From the IMG/VR virus record IMGVR_UViG_3300029305_005547, positions 32,001 to 96,000 of that record: a stretch of 64,000 nt of DNA. The stretch is one strand, 5' to 3'. The translations under genes were made by a program, and so were the position numbers. This DNA is from a virus (lineage: Duplodnaviria; Caudoviricetes). Of this stretch, positions 20,752 through 30,859 are shown piece after piece; the stretch's first letter is position 1, and each line of letters opens with the position of its first letter. Below the pieces are notes generated by a model. The model made no database searches, was not told where the DNA came from, and saw only the letters and a list, made by a program, of their open reading frames with translations.

Positions 20752-21804
20752 ATGACGAATAAGGAAATTAAACAAAAATTCCTTGACCGTTTATTTGCAA
20801 GAGACATGTGGGTTAAAAAGGTTAATGAAATACAATACCTTACCAGATGTCCTTTTTGTGGCGATAGTTCAAATCCGTCACACGGTCACTTCTATATTAA
20901 AGTAGACCTGTCGGATAATAGTAGTATTATGTATAATTGCTTTAAATGTCCAGCTGGAGGTGTTGTTGATAAAGATGTATGTGAACGTCTTGATATGACA
21001 GATCTTGATATACTTACAGATATTACTAATTTGAATAAAACTGCCGACAAGGTTGATAGAAAACAAATTATGGGTGAATCATTTCATGTATTTGATTATA
21101 AGATTCCCAAACCAGTTTATAATGATAAAGTCAGATATCTAGAAAAAAGACTAGGTAGACGATTTACTGAAGAAGAAGTTAACAAGTTAAAAATTATAAC
21201 TTCATTTTACCAATTCCTAAATGAGAACCAGATTAAAGAACTTACATGTTCACCAGGAATTGCAAAAATGTTTGAAGAAAATTATGTAGGATTTTTATCA
21301 TATGGCAACTCTCATATTTTATTTAGGGATATAACTGAAAAGATGCAATATCCTTGGATTAAATATCCTATATGCCGTAAATCATCGGAGAATAGAATTT
21401 TCTATTCAGTTTCTTCAGCAATTGATCCATTCACCGAAGAGACAATCACTATTAATTTATGTGAAGGTGTAATGGATGCTGCATCTATATGTTATAATCT
21501 TGGTTATGATATGGAAAATACAATAACCATAGCTGTTGCTGGAAAATTTTATGAACCAATAGTAAGATTCCTAATTGGTTTGGGTTTATTTGGTTCAAAT
21601 GTACAGCTTAATATCTTTGCTGATAATGATGCAAAATTCAATAAGAAAAAGAACTATAGAGGGGATACTGATATTGATTTTTACAGAAAGCTTTTTAAGA
21701 ATACAAAGTATTTGTATAAATCTATAAAAGTTTACTATAATATCAAAAGCAAAGATTGTGGAGTTCCTAAAGACAATATTGTCTTGAAGGAGTATAAAAT
21801 TTAG
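20752..21804 (+). CDS. DNA primase (Zn finger + TOPRIM)
   Basis: CPFCGDS...H...CFKC; CEGVMD; FADND; KD motif. Confidence 0.85.
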   Translation: MTNKEIKQKFLDRLFARDMWVKKVNEIQYLTRCPFCGDSSNPSHGHFYIKVDLSDNSSIMYNCFKCPAGGVVDKDVCERLDMTDLDILTDITNLNKTADKVDRKQIMGESFHVFDYKIPKPVYNDKVRYLEKRLGRRFTEEEVNKLKIITSFYQFLNENQIKELTCSPGIAKMFEENYVGFLSYGNSHILFRDITEKMQYPWIKYPICRKSSENRIFYSVSSAIDPFTEETITINLCEGVMDAASICYNLGYDMENTITIAVAGKFYEPIVRFLIGLGLFGSNVQLNIFADNDAKFNKKKNYRGDTDIDFYRKLFKNTKYLYKSIKVYYNIKSKDCGVPKDNIVLKEYKI

Positions 21805-21812
21805 TAAAGAAG

Positions 21813-22559
21813 GTGAGTAAATTGAAAATTATATCAAAGAAAAATCATTATGGTTGTAAGGTATTATTTCTTTGGTGTTCTATTCCTCTTACTGGAACCG
21901 TAAAGTCTATAGGTGAAGATTCATTTGGAATCCTATGTGATTCCAATCATTATGTAACAGATAAGTTACTTATACCTAGACAAGGTAATGAAATTTTTAT
22001 CGAAAAAACAAAGTGTATTAAGACAGGAGAAATAGTTCCTATAGTTTTGAAAACTGATCAAATTCCTGAGAGTGAAAAGTTCAGTGATGTTAGGACCGCG
22101 TATTTTCATTTACGTAAATTTTCGATATATCCTGGTGATGCCGGGTTTAATGATAAAGCATTTATTAGATTTAAACCCGAAAAGCATATTTTCAAATTAA
22201 AAACAGGAGATGAAATGTTACTTACTCAACTGGCTAATGGATTAGTAACATTAGTTGATATATATGATACTAATCATTTCGAAACTCCAAATTGGAAATT
22301 TCAACCGGATTTTAAATATAATCCTGAAATAGAAGGTATTACTGAAGATTCGATTGAAAAAGTATATGCAATTCCTAAATCATTAAGAAATGAAAATGCT
22401 AAAAAACTTATGGAACTTGAAATAATTGATACTGTATTTAATATAGGATCATTAGGATTAATGCCCTTAACACATGGTCTCAGAACTCGTGATAACGATG
22501 TTGATATCGATGAGTTACCAAATGAGATTATATTTAATCCAAATGGATTTAAAAAATAA
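21813..22559 (+). CDS. hypothetical protein
   Basis: 248-aa ORF. Confidence 0.6.
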   Translation: MSKLKIISKKNHYGCKVLFLWCSIPLTGTVKSIGEDSFGILCDSNHYVTDKLLIPRQGNEIFIEKTKCIKTGEIVPIVLKTDQIPESEKFSDVRTAYFHLRKFSIYPGDAGFNDKAFIRFKPEKHIFKLKTGDEMLLTQLANGLVTLVDIYDTNHFETPNWKFQPDFKYNPEIEGITEDSIEKVYAIPKSLRNENAKKLMELEIIDTVFNIGSLGLMPLTHGLRTRDNDVDIDELPNEIIFNPNGFKK

Positions 22560-22710
22560 GTATAAGACTAACGGACAAAAATCCGTTAGTCTTATTTTTT
22601 ATTCTTTTACCTTTTCAGGAACTGTCTGGAATGTGTATCCACTGGATTCAGGAAATAATGCTGAAAAGTCTACTTCAATAGGCTCGTTAGAATCAGTTAT
22701 AGGTTCCTGA

Positions 22711-24099
22711 TTATTCTTCTTCGGTGTTATTCCTGCTTTCATCACCACATTCAATTTCTTCGTCTGATCCATCACAATCATCCTCCTCAAGTTCAGGTTC
22801 TGGTTCATCAGATTCCTCAAGTTCACATTCTGCTTCAGTAATTTCACTTGATACATGAACTTCGACAGGAGGTTCTGATATAATATTCTGAAGTCTTGTA
22901 AACTCATTGAAAATTTCTTCATATGAATGTAACCCACCAGGATTTCCATTTTCAGTAATGAAATTAAGCATATTAAGCTTTTCATTAATGATCTGTTTTA
23001 AGAATTCTTCAGGATCATCATATGTAGCATTTTCATCGAATAAAGAACCAAGCTCTGCTTTAATACTAGCAAGAGTCTGAATTCGTCTCATTTCTGCAGC
23101 TTTCTTTTCAGCTTCGATTCGGTCGGGATGATTCTTGTAACTAGAATTCTTCTCTTTAAATTCTTCGATGATATCATGATACTCGAAGAAAGAATAGAAA
23201 TCTTTCATTACATTGATGATGGTAGCTTTCTCTTCTTCAGTTGCTTCACCGGTAACGAGGTCTCTTAATGCTCCAATAATAGATGTCATGTAAAGATATT
23301 CATGCTTAATATCGATATTGATATACGCAATAAATCTGATTACATGATATAAGAAGAAGTTATTAAAAACTTCATATGTTGCCGGAAGGTACTTCTCTTC
23401 TAAATTGAAGAACTGCCCGTGAAGAGCTTTATTAATATCAAGACGTTTAAGTCTTGCATAATAACGTTCCATAATGTAACGACCTTTTGTCTGGTCGAAA
23501 TATGAGTTCATAATACTCATAGCTTCTTTTTTACCAACCGAGTGGAGGCGTTCATTCAAAAAGGAGAAATTCTGACTCTTTTCGATATGCTCAAGCTTAG
23601 TTAGAATTTCTTTCTTTTTAGTTTCATCCAGCTCAGACTCAGCCTGCTTTTTCAAAAATTCCAGATGATCAAGTCTAGCCTGACGATATTCAGGAGACTT
23701 CAATGCATTAGCATAAGATCTGGAAATATCAAGCTTTTCATCTTCAAGCTCCTTAAGGTTTCCTTCGGCTTCTTTAATACCAAGCCACTTTTCTTTACAC
23801 TTAGCCAATACATCTACACAAAATTCGTTAAACGTAATGGACTTATCAGGTAAGTGATAATATGCAGTCTTGAATGCATCCTGACTACAATCACATTCAT
23901 CAAGCAATGTATTGATATCGACTAATGACATATTCTTGATATCGTCATCCGAGATATATTCCAATTTTTCAGCAAGCTTGATGTTTAAGTTATCTTCCTT
24001 AAGATCATTTATGAATGATTCTTTGACATCTTTTACTGTCTGTTTGTAAATGTCAATAAGATCATCCATTTCTTTTAACTGTTTCGTTGTATCTTTCAT
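22711..24099 (-). CDS. hypothetical phage protein (coiled coil, acidic tail)
   Basis: start moved to MKDTT (24099) behind GAAAGGA SD and CACA-N6-TAA at 24125-24137 (-). Confidence 0.7.
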   Translation of the reverse strand: MKDTTKQLKEMDDLIDIYKQTVKDVKESFINDLKEDNLNIKLAEKLEYISDDDIKNMSLVDINTLLDECDCSQDAFKTAYYHLPDKSITFNEFCVDVLAKCKEKWLGIKEAEGNLKELEDEKLDISRSYANALKSPEYRQARLDHLEFLKKQAESELDETKKKEILTKLEHIEKSQNFSFLNERLHSVGKKEAMSIMNSYFDQTKGRYIMERYYARLKRLDINKALHGQFFNLEEKYLPATYEVFNNFFLYHVIRFIAYINIDIKHEYLYMTSIIGALRDLVTGEATEEEKATIINVMKDFYSFFEYHDIIEEFKEKNSSYKNHPDRIEAEKKAAEMRRIQTLASIKAELGSLFDENATYDDPEEFLKQIINEKLNMLNFITENGNPGGLHSYEEIFNEFTRLQNIISEPPVEVHVSSEITEAECELEESDEPEPELEEDDCDGSDEEIECGDESRNNTEEE

Positions 24100-24179
24100 T
24101 TGACATTCGTTCCTTTCTAAAAGATTAGTGTATTGTGAGATAATAAATAACAATTTAAAGAAAAATTGATAACAAAATC

Positions 24180-24397
24180 TTAATCAGGTTTATTGTAAAA
24201 TACCAAAATGCTTTTTGAAGTATTTCGTTTGTTTCATTTTTGCTACGAAGCAGCGTTTTGATTTCATTATTGGTGGGATGATTTCTTAGCGTGTTTTTCC
24301 TCTGTGATGTATATAGATTTGATCGTAATTGATTTATAAACCTGATTAAAGAGAAATTGTGGTAGGACGTACCGTATGAGTCGTCCTACCACTTTTT
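24180..24397 (+). ncRNA. candidate structured non-coding RNA
   Basis: AACA-N6-TAA promoter at 24171-24183; perfect 14-bp terminal complementarity 24180-24193/24336-24349; terminator 24359-24397; no ORF in the track. Confidence 0.5.
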
Positions 24398-24483
24398 ATT
24401 TTCACATGATTACTTACTTCAAGGAATATTCAATAATAATACCCCTTGGTATTTTCTTACAAAGATGTTTATATCATATTAAT

Positions 24484-24810
24484 TTAATCCATTACATAAA
24501 ATATACAATAATTGAAATCAAATGAACTTGCATGTGTTATAGCACCATTATTTACATATCTACCATATATATTTATTCCGTTCATGTTGTTTACTTGTGC
24601 TGTATACCATGTATACATAGATGTAGAGTTTGATCCATATCTAGGTGATAATATTATAGAGCCAACTTTTGCACCATCTGGAATATTTAATGATGCAAAT
24701 GAAACTGTAATAGCACCATTAGTTCCAGTTGTAGAACAATATCCTGTTGTCATTTTTATAATAGAGGCTGTATATCCATTTAATGTAATATTATTCACCT
24801 TACTATTTAG
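24484..24810 (-). CDS. silent tail-fibre tip cassette A (frame starts LNSKVNNIT...)
   Basis: frame opens right after TAA inside the hairpin element; Thr/Ser/Asn/Gly-rich beta-type domain of about 108 aa; GTG at 24798 has no properly spaced SD. Confidence 0.65.
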   Translation of the reverse strand, partial: LNSKVNNITLNGYTASIIKMTTGYCSTTGTNGAITVSFASLNIPDGAKVGSIILSPRYGSNSTSMYTWYTAQVNNMNGINIYGRYVNNGAITHASSFDFNYCIFYVMD

Positions 24811-24880
24811 TTAAATAAAGAATCTGTAAGTCCCGAGAAATATCGAGACTTACAGAAATTTTACTTAACTAAATTCCGTC
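24800..24880 (-). repeat. dispersed hairpin element copy 2
   Basis: GACGGAATTTAGTTAAGTAAAATTTCTGTAAGTCTCGATATTTCTCGGGACTTACAGATTCTTTATTTAACTAAATAGTAA on the minus strand. Confidence 0.95.
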
Positions 24881-24940
24881 CCCACACGCTAGACAAAAAG
24901 ACGGTGTAAAAATCACCTTTTTCATTTATATATCATATTA

Positions 24941-25147
24941 GTGAATATAAATGAAAGTGAGGTGATGAAAGTGAACGTAATCATTAGAAATTCATATGGT
25001 ATTAAAGAAATTATTAATGTACCATATGTAAAACCTAGTGATCTTCCAGCTCCTGAGAACCGGAAGATCACTAAAGTTGAAAATGATTTACTGTCTCAGA
25101 GTATAAATAATCTGATTTACATAACTCGATTTTTGAACTATGTGTAA
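24941..25147 (+). CDS. small hypothetical protein
   Basis: GAGGTG SD suggests a start slightly downstream of the called one. Confidence 0.45.
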   Translation: MNINESEVMKVNVIIRNSYGIKEIINVPYVKPSDLPAPENRKITKVENDLLSQSINNLIYITRFLNYV

Positions 25148-25286
25148 ATTGTTTTCACTACATGAAAACCTGATTTACTATAATACTTAGTCCAGATTGA
25201 TATTTATAGTTATTTACGATAAACTATAAGAGAGCGGAACACCTGGTACCACTCTCTTATTTTTTTGTTAAAATGATTAGTTTTTA

Positions 25287-26294
25287 TTATAGACTAAGTG
25301 CTTTCTTATAAGAATTCTTTTTAGCAGTCCATTCACTATCAGGTTTTCTAAGTTTTACAACATTAGCCTGATAATAGTAGGTAGCCTTATTCATTCCATT
25401 ACCGAAAGACGGCTTCTTACCAAGATCAGCTTCGATCTCTCCTGTATAGTATCCATGATACTTAAGGAGTCTTTCAAGAGCTGTTACGGTTGTATGATTC
25501 TTATTTTTGTTCTGACTGATAGTTACTGTCTTAGCAAGCACATCAGATGCACTTGCATTCTCATTAAGACCAAGTAACTTAGCCATTTCTTTTCTGAATC
25601 CAGAATTAATGTACTCTGCAGCATCTGTGGTAGTTTCAGTTCTTTCTTCGAAACAAGTTGCTTCAATATCTACGAACCAGATATTAAGGTCTACATTACC
25701 CTTGATACCTTCAACCTGACCCTTAGAACTGTACTGCCAACCATAGAGTCTTTTTCCAATATCAGGACACTTCATAACGTTAGGCATTACATCGTTATCT
25801 ACATTTTCAGAAGAAGGATATCTTGCTATCCAGAAAGGATAATCAAGCTGATCCTCGTACTTCTTCAAATAGCTGTTATAGAATGATACATAGGTGTAAA
25901 CACCAAATTCCAAACCAGCATTAGTGATGATAGCTGCATACGCTTTAATACCATCAATAAGGGTCTGTCCGAGATTTCTGAGTAATTCGTTTTCGATGTC
26001 AAGCCATACCATGACTTTTCTTCCTGCAAGAATATTAAGAACGTTTCTTGCATCCTTTTCAAATTCTGCAACAGTTGTTGCATATGAATAGTTATAAACA
26101 CCCTGGACTACTACATTATTAGAAGTAAATCCTTCCCAATGGGTTTCAAACAACTTATCAGGGTTACCATCTCTACGAATGACTTTGAGGATAACAAAAT
26201 CCACATTATCTTTTGCAGCAGCCGCATAATCCTCAATAGGATTCCAAGCACTGAAGTCACAACCCTGAAGTGACCAAGTAGAATAATTCTTCAT
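25287..26294 (-). CDS. GH25 muramidase (endolysin)
   Basis: GCDFSAWN, VWLDIE, GVYTY, WIARYP, WQYSSKG.V.GI.GNVDLN; C-terminal putative binding domain. Confidence 0.85.
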   Translation of the reverse strand: MKNYSTWSLQGCDFSAWNPIEDYAAAAKDNVDFVILKVIRRDGNPDKLFETHWEGFTSNNVVVQGVYNYSYATTVAEFEKDARNVLNILAGRKVMVWLDIENELLRNLGQTLIDGIKAYAAIITNAGLEFGVYTYVSFYNSYLKKYEDQLDYPFWIARYPSSENVDNDVMPNVMKCPDIGKRLYGWQYSSKGQVEGIKGNVDLNIWFVDIEATCFEERTETTTDAAEYINSGFRKEMAKLLGLNENASASDVLAKTVTISQNKNKNHTTVTALERLLKYHGYYTGEIEADLGKKPSFGNGMNKATYYYQANVVKLRKPDSEWTAKKNSYKKALSL

Positions 26295-26472
26295 GTATAT
26301 ATTCTCCTTTACTTAAAGATTAAGTTTATATTAATAAACTTAATAAAATGTCGTGTAAATAAAAGCGAAAAGTCAATTTTTTCATCCATATACTATTATT
26401 TTGAATAGAAATAATTCACACAATTGAATATCGTTTACAACTGAATACAGTACATCACAAGGAGGAAAGAAC

Positions 26473-27027
26473 ATGAAGAAGTTCAAACAAATCAAAAAAG
26501 AAATGAGAAAGAAATTAGGAAAGAAAGGTACAAAGTTTGTATCAGATGTTACTACAGAATGTATGACAGCTGAAGCCGTTTTTAGTACAACTAAATCTTT
26601 TGTTACAGGTATTAGAAAAGCAAAAGAAAAAGATCTGGAAAAGCATGAAAGACGTATTAAAGATGAATTTAATGAAGGATTAAAAACCTGGTCACAAGCC
26701 CAAGGTTATTACATCTTTGCAAGTTTGGATTCCGAATTTTGCGAAGGTGGACTATATCCCGCAGGTCATACCAGATTAATAGAACTTAAAACCAAAGTTG
26801 AAAACGTGTTAAGTCAAATATATTCGGACATAGATTCTGGAATGTTTGAACAGTTTGCATTTATGGATGATGATGGAAGCGGTTCGTTTACACGAATGCT
26901 ATTCCAGACATTCGTAATGAGAATTTATTATCAACTTGATTTGACAGCAGAAGAAGCATCTCAGTATCATAACATTTATGAGACTCAGATTGTACCTTTG
27001 TACCATAATTCTGGTATCATGCTTTAA
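26473..27027 (+). CDS. hypothetical protein
   Basis: GGAGGA SD, own terminator. Confidence 0.65.
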   Translation: MKKFKQIKKEMRKKLGKKGTKFVSDVTTECMTAEAVFSTTKSFVTGIRKAKEKDLEKHERRIKDEFNEGLKTWSQAQGYYIFASLDSEFCEGGLYPAGHTRLIELKTKVENVLSQIYSDIDSGMFEQFAFMDDDGSGSFTRMLFQTFVMRIYYQLDLTAEEASQYHNIYETQIVPLYHNSGIML

Positions 27028-27123
27028 CGAAAAGAACGGGTCTAACAAACCCGTTCTTTTTTTTCTTATTTTTAGGTCTAAAAACATTTTTTTAAGTATA
27101 AAAAGAAAGGAGATACCTGCAAT

Positions 27124-27858
27124 ATGGTTAAGAATATAGCAGGTGCAAGTAATGTAACAGAATATCAACTTGTTAGATTTTCTCAAACCAATAAGGTATT
27201 TCAAGATGATGTTCTTAATTTATACATTAAATATGCACTAGAATTTAACGTACAAGTTGACGTTGCGTATGGAATGTGTTTATTATATACAGATTTCTTT
27301 AGAAATGAAATAATTGGAAACAATTTAGTTGGAATAGGAGTTCAACTTGGTGGAACTAAAATGGAAGAATTTAATTCCATTGAAGATTGTATTACTGCTC
27401 ATTACCAAATTCTTCAGAAGATATCAAGTGATAATATTATAGAAAAACCTATTTCGAATTTGTATAGAAGATGTATTAGTAAAAGTTGTACATATAGTAC
27501 AGATGTGTATACGTTATTTGAATATGATAAACTAACAAAGTATAATATTTACGAATTCAGTACTTTTATTCGTGAAATAAATAGAACTCGTAAAGAGTCT
27601 TCTGATTGGGTTACTAGTTCTAAGTATTATTACTTTATTAGAATTAAATCAAGTAAAAATAAAACTGAACTTATTAAGTTAAGATCAGATCTTATAAATA
27701 AGAAATTTGATCAAAAGATTTTGTTTATAACAGCTAATAATGGAATTTACACATTAGAAGCAGGGCGATATTCAAGTCCAGTTAATACAAATACTATATT
27801 AAGAAATCTCCAAATGTTTGGTTATAATGGAGAAATCGAATATAGAAAGAATGAATAA
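27124..27858 (+). CDS. degenerate glucosaminidase-like domain + SPOR-like domain
   Basis: NNLVGIG...FNSIEDCITAHYQIL; C-terminal YTLEAGRYSS...LQMFGY. Confidence 0.5.
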   Translation: MVKNIAGASNVTEYQLVRFSQTNKVFQDDVLNLYIKYALEFNVQVDVAYGMCLLYTDFFRNEIIGNNLVGIGVQLGGTKMEEFNSIEDCITAHYQILQKISSDNIIEKPISNLYRRCISKSCTYSTDVYTLFEYDKLTKYNIYEFSTFIREINRTRKESSDWVTSSKYYYFIRIKSSKNKTELIKLRSDLINKKFDQKILFITANNGIYTLEAGRYSSPVNTNTILRNLQMFGYNGEIEYRKNE

Positions 27859-27963
27859 TTTATTCCCAGTAGGTTTTCCTACTGGGATATTTTAGTGTGA
27901 AAAGCGTAAAATAAGGTATTAAGAAAACAATCTTTTAATTCTATGGAAAGTTGGTGAACAAAT

Positions 27964-30378
27964 ATGAAATTTGATGTACGCCCTATTCCTAGCGCAGTTG
28001 AAACTGGTTTTACCAGTAGATATATGGAAGCTAAGGTATTGGAAGATATTAAAGTTTTAAATGAAATCACTGAAAATTATTCCTTAGGCTATTTATCAGA
28101 ATCCTGTGCATTTGCAATGCTTGATATTATTAGTCAGAATGAAGATAGATTAATGGAAGCAGCTATGGACGCTGATGACACCATCGGTGGTATGTCTATT
28201 AAGGAACGATTAAACGCAAACATTAGCCCTCTTCAGTTTGTCGGTGAAGGTGTTTTACCTTATAAAGAAATCGTTAAAGCAAATGACGGTGAATCTTTAT
28301 ATAAAGCATATACTATGGAGAGAGCTTGGAATGGTGAAGATGCTGTTTATGAAATGGCATCTAAAATTGCCGACGCTAAAGAAAATGAACTCAGAATCTA
28401 TAAGGAAAGTTCAGGTGAAAAAGGATTTACTGAATTTGAACGTAACCTTTATAAGAACTATCCTGATGATAGAGTGACTCCTGATTTCTTATATGAAAGA
28501 GTAATTGAATCTAAGATTTTATCTGGTTCTTTATCTCTTGAAGATGGTTATGTTTTACAGGAGTTTATAGAATCGAGATTTGCGGTAAACGAAGACGTTA
28601 CATCTATGATGCCTGTTGTACCTTTAACTGGTGATGATTTATCTCCGGATTTATCAAATACCAGTATCAAAGATATGGTATCTGCAACAGATTCTGAAGC
28701 AGCCGACAACGATAATGATCCTACGGATCCAGATGATGATGGCGATGTTATTTATGGAACCATTAAAGTTGAAGAATCTGTAAGTTCACAGCTTAGAGAA
28801 GCTGGTGCTTTTGTTGCTTTGGAAGGTGTTGTTTATAAAAATAACATCGTATTCGATTCTGAAATTCGAAAATTATATGATAAACTTAAGAAAGATCTTA
28901 AGTTAACAAATCCTAACGATGAGCAGGCTTCTTTTAAGTCTATGATTAACGTTAAGAAAAATCGTTATACTCTTAATTTTGCTAATACCCAAACAGATCC
29001 TGCAAGCGTAACAACCGCAATTGTAAGTTGTGGTTTTAAACCAATTAAGGAAAATGGAGTAGTTGTAAAATACGAAAAAGTTTCTAAGGGAATTAAAATC
29101 ACAATTGAATTTACATCTGTCGATAATGGTGTTATTGCATTTTATGAAAATAGTGACGGTGTAGTGAAAGAATCATCCTTGGATGATAAAGTAAATTTCG
29201 GTATGGATTGTGATGCATCTGATGTAAAGAATGCAGCTAAAAAAGTAAAGAAACTTCGTGCTGATAAAGATACTAAGAAAGAAGATCTTGACCAGGCAGT
29301 TTCAAATCTTGACCATGCTATTGAGAACTATAAAGAAGTTCAGAAGGCACAAAAAGAAAAAGAGGTTAAAGAATCTGCAAAAGATTTAATCTGTGTTATT
29401 AGAAGTGCTAGAAATAAGAATATGACTTTCAGAGAATGGCTTACAGAATCTTGTGTAGATCAACTTACAAGCGATCATCCTTTATTTTGTAAGAATAGAG
29501 AAGTTGCATCATCTTACGTGAAAGAAGCATTTTATTCTGTAGTAGATGTACTTCGTCGAGGATCTACAGATGAATTTGTATCCGAACGCGTTAATACTGC
29601 AATTGATATGATTAACACTAAGATTCCTTCTTTGATGATTTCTGAAAGTAATTTTGGAGATTTCATCAATGACATTTTGGTTTCTTCTCCGGCGAAAAAA
29701 GTTTGTGAATCTTGTTATGAAATGTTAGAATCTGTTCATGATGAACATGTTACAGAATTTGCATTTACAGAGACTGTGAAAATGTTTACAGAATACGTTA
29801 ATCGCCAAATGGAAGATGAAATTACCTGTGAAAGAGTTCTTAATGATAAAGAATTTAGACAGGATGTATTTAATGAGTCTGGTGATAAGATCGATGATGA
29901 AATTCAGTCTACAGTAGAATTACTTAATAGACTTGGATACAAAGTAAAGTATTCTTCTGCCGGTCATAGTCAAACCAGAATCAAGGAAGACAATTATCGA
30001 GATGGTGTATATCATGGAAAACTTTATACAACCGCAAGAATTACATTCGATAAGCATTATGACCTTAAGTCAGTGCCGGATGGATGGTATGAAAACAAGA
30101 ATTCCGATAAAACAGCTATCTATGTAAGAGCATATTCCTATGATCCTAAGGATGGAACTCCTAATGAAGCATTTGAGAAGTGGAAAACTTCTTATATTAA
30201 GGCATTAAAGGATTGGGCTGAGAGTTTAAGTGAAGCTAAAGATCCTGAAGCAAAAACAGAATCTGCTATTGAAGATTTTGAAAAAGATCTTATGAGCGGA
30301 ACTGAACCTGTATTTGTTGAAAGCCCTGAAGTTGATTTTGATTCATTCATGGAATCTGAAATTGATGCTCTTAAATAA
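27964..30378 (+). CDS. large putative inner-head/virion protein
   Basis: late promoter 27926-27938; many xES motifs. Confidence 0.65.
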   Translation: MKFDVRPIPSAVETGFTSRYMEAKVLEDIKVLNEITENYSLGYLSESCAFAMLDIISQNEDRLMEAAMDADDTIGGMSIKERLNANISPLQFVGEGVLPYKEIVKANDGESLYKAYTMERAWNGEDAVYEMASKIADAKENELRIYKESSGEKGFTEFERNLYKNYPDDRVTPDFLYERVIESKILSGSLSLEDGYVLQEFIESRFAVNEDVTSMMPVVPLTGDDLSPDLSNTSIKDMVSATDSEAADNDNDPTDPDDDGDVIYGTIKVEESVSSQLREAGAFVALEGVVYKNNIVFDSEIRKLYDKLKKDLKLTNPNDEQASFKSMINVKKNRYTLNFANTQTDPASVTTAIVSCGFKPIKENGVVVKYEKVSKGIKITIEFTSVDNGVIAFYENSDGVVKESSLDDKVNFGMDCDASDVKNAAKKVKKLRADKDTKKEDLDQAVSNLDHAIENYKEVQKAQKEKEVKESAKDLICVIRSARNKNMTFREWLTESCVDQLTSDHPLFCKNREVASSYVKEAFYSVVDVLRRGSTDEFVSERVNTAIDMINTKIPSLMISESNFGDFINDILVSSPAKKVCESCYEMLESVHDEHVTEFAFTETVKMFTEYVNRQMEDEITCERVLNDKEFRQDVFNESGDKIDDEIQSTVELLNRLGYKVKYSSAGHSQTRIKEDNYRDGVYHGKLYTTARITFDKHYDLKSVPDGWYENKNSDKTAIYVRAYSYDPKDGTPNEAFEKWKTSYIKALKDWAESLSEAKDPEAKTESAIEDFEKDLMSGTEPVFVESPEVDFDSFMESEIDALK

Positions 30379-30424
30379 TAACAAAACAATTTCCCCTAAC
30401 TACATTATGTAGTTAGGGGTTATT

Positions 30425-30859
30425 TTATTTACGTATGAAAAATGCACACAGAAAAAATATCCACGTTAAAAATATTTGAAATAAATGAAATAAAAAATCC
30501 TGTTTAAGTGATAAGTATCCTTTATTTGCTTTCATATCATCAATAGAGTAATGAATAAAAATATTAGCAAAAAAGAATCCTAAAAATAATATAAAACCAG
30601 ACATATTCATTAGTTGATTATAACTTCTTATTAATAAATATATCGTTAACGGAATAAACACCATACAAGTCCATTCAAATGAATGAATAAATAACGAAAT
30701 TTTATAATCATTTTCATACTTTTCAAATGGATAATTTTCATCCCACCATTTTTTCTGTTTAAAATTACATAACTTTGTTTGAAGAACAAAATCATCTACT
30801 ATACTAAAAAATATCATTAATATGAATATTAAAATAGATTCACAAATTATATTAATCAT
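30425..30859 (-). CDS. DUF3307-like membrane protein
   Basis: DDFVLQ, LFIHS, IHYSIDDMK, QDFLFHLFQ motifs; hydrophobic. Confidence 0.65.
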   Translation of the reverse strand: MINIICESILIFILMIFFSIVDDFVLQTKLCNFKQKKWWDENYPFEKYENDYKISLFIHSFEWTCMVFIPLTIYLLIRSYNQLMNMSGFILFLGFFFANIFIHYSIDDMKANKGYLSLKQDFLFHLFQIFLTWIFFLCAFFIRK

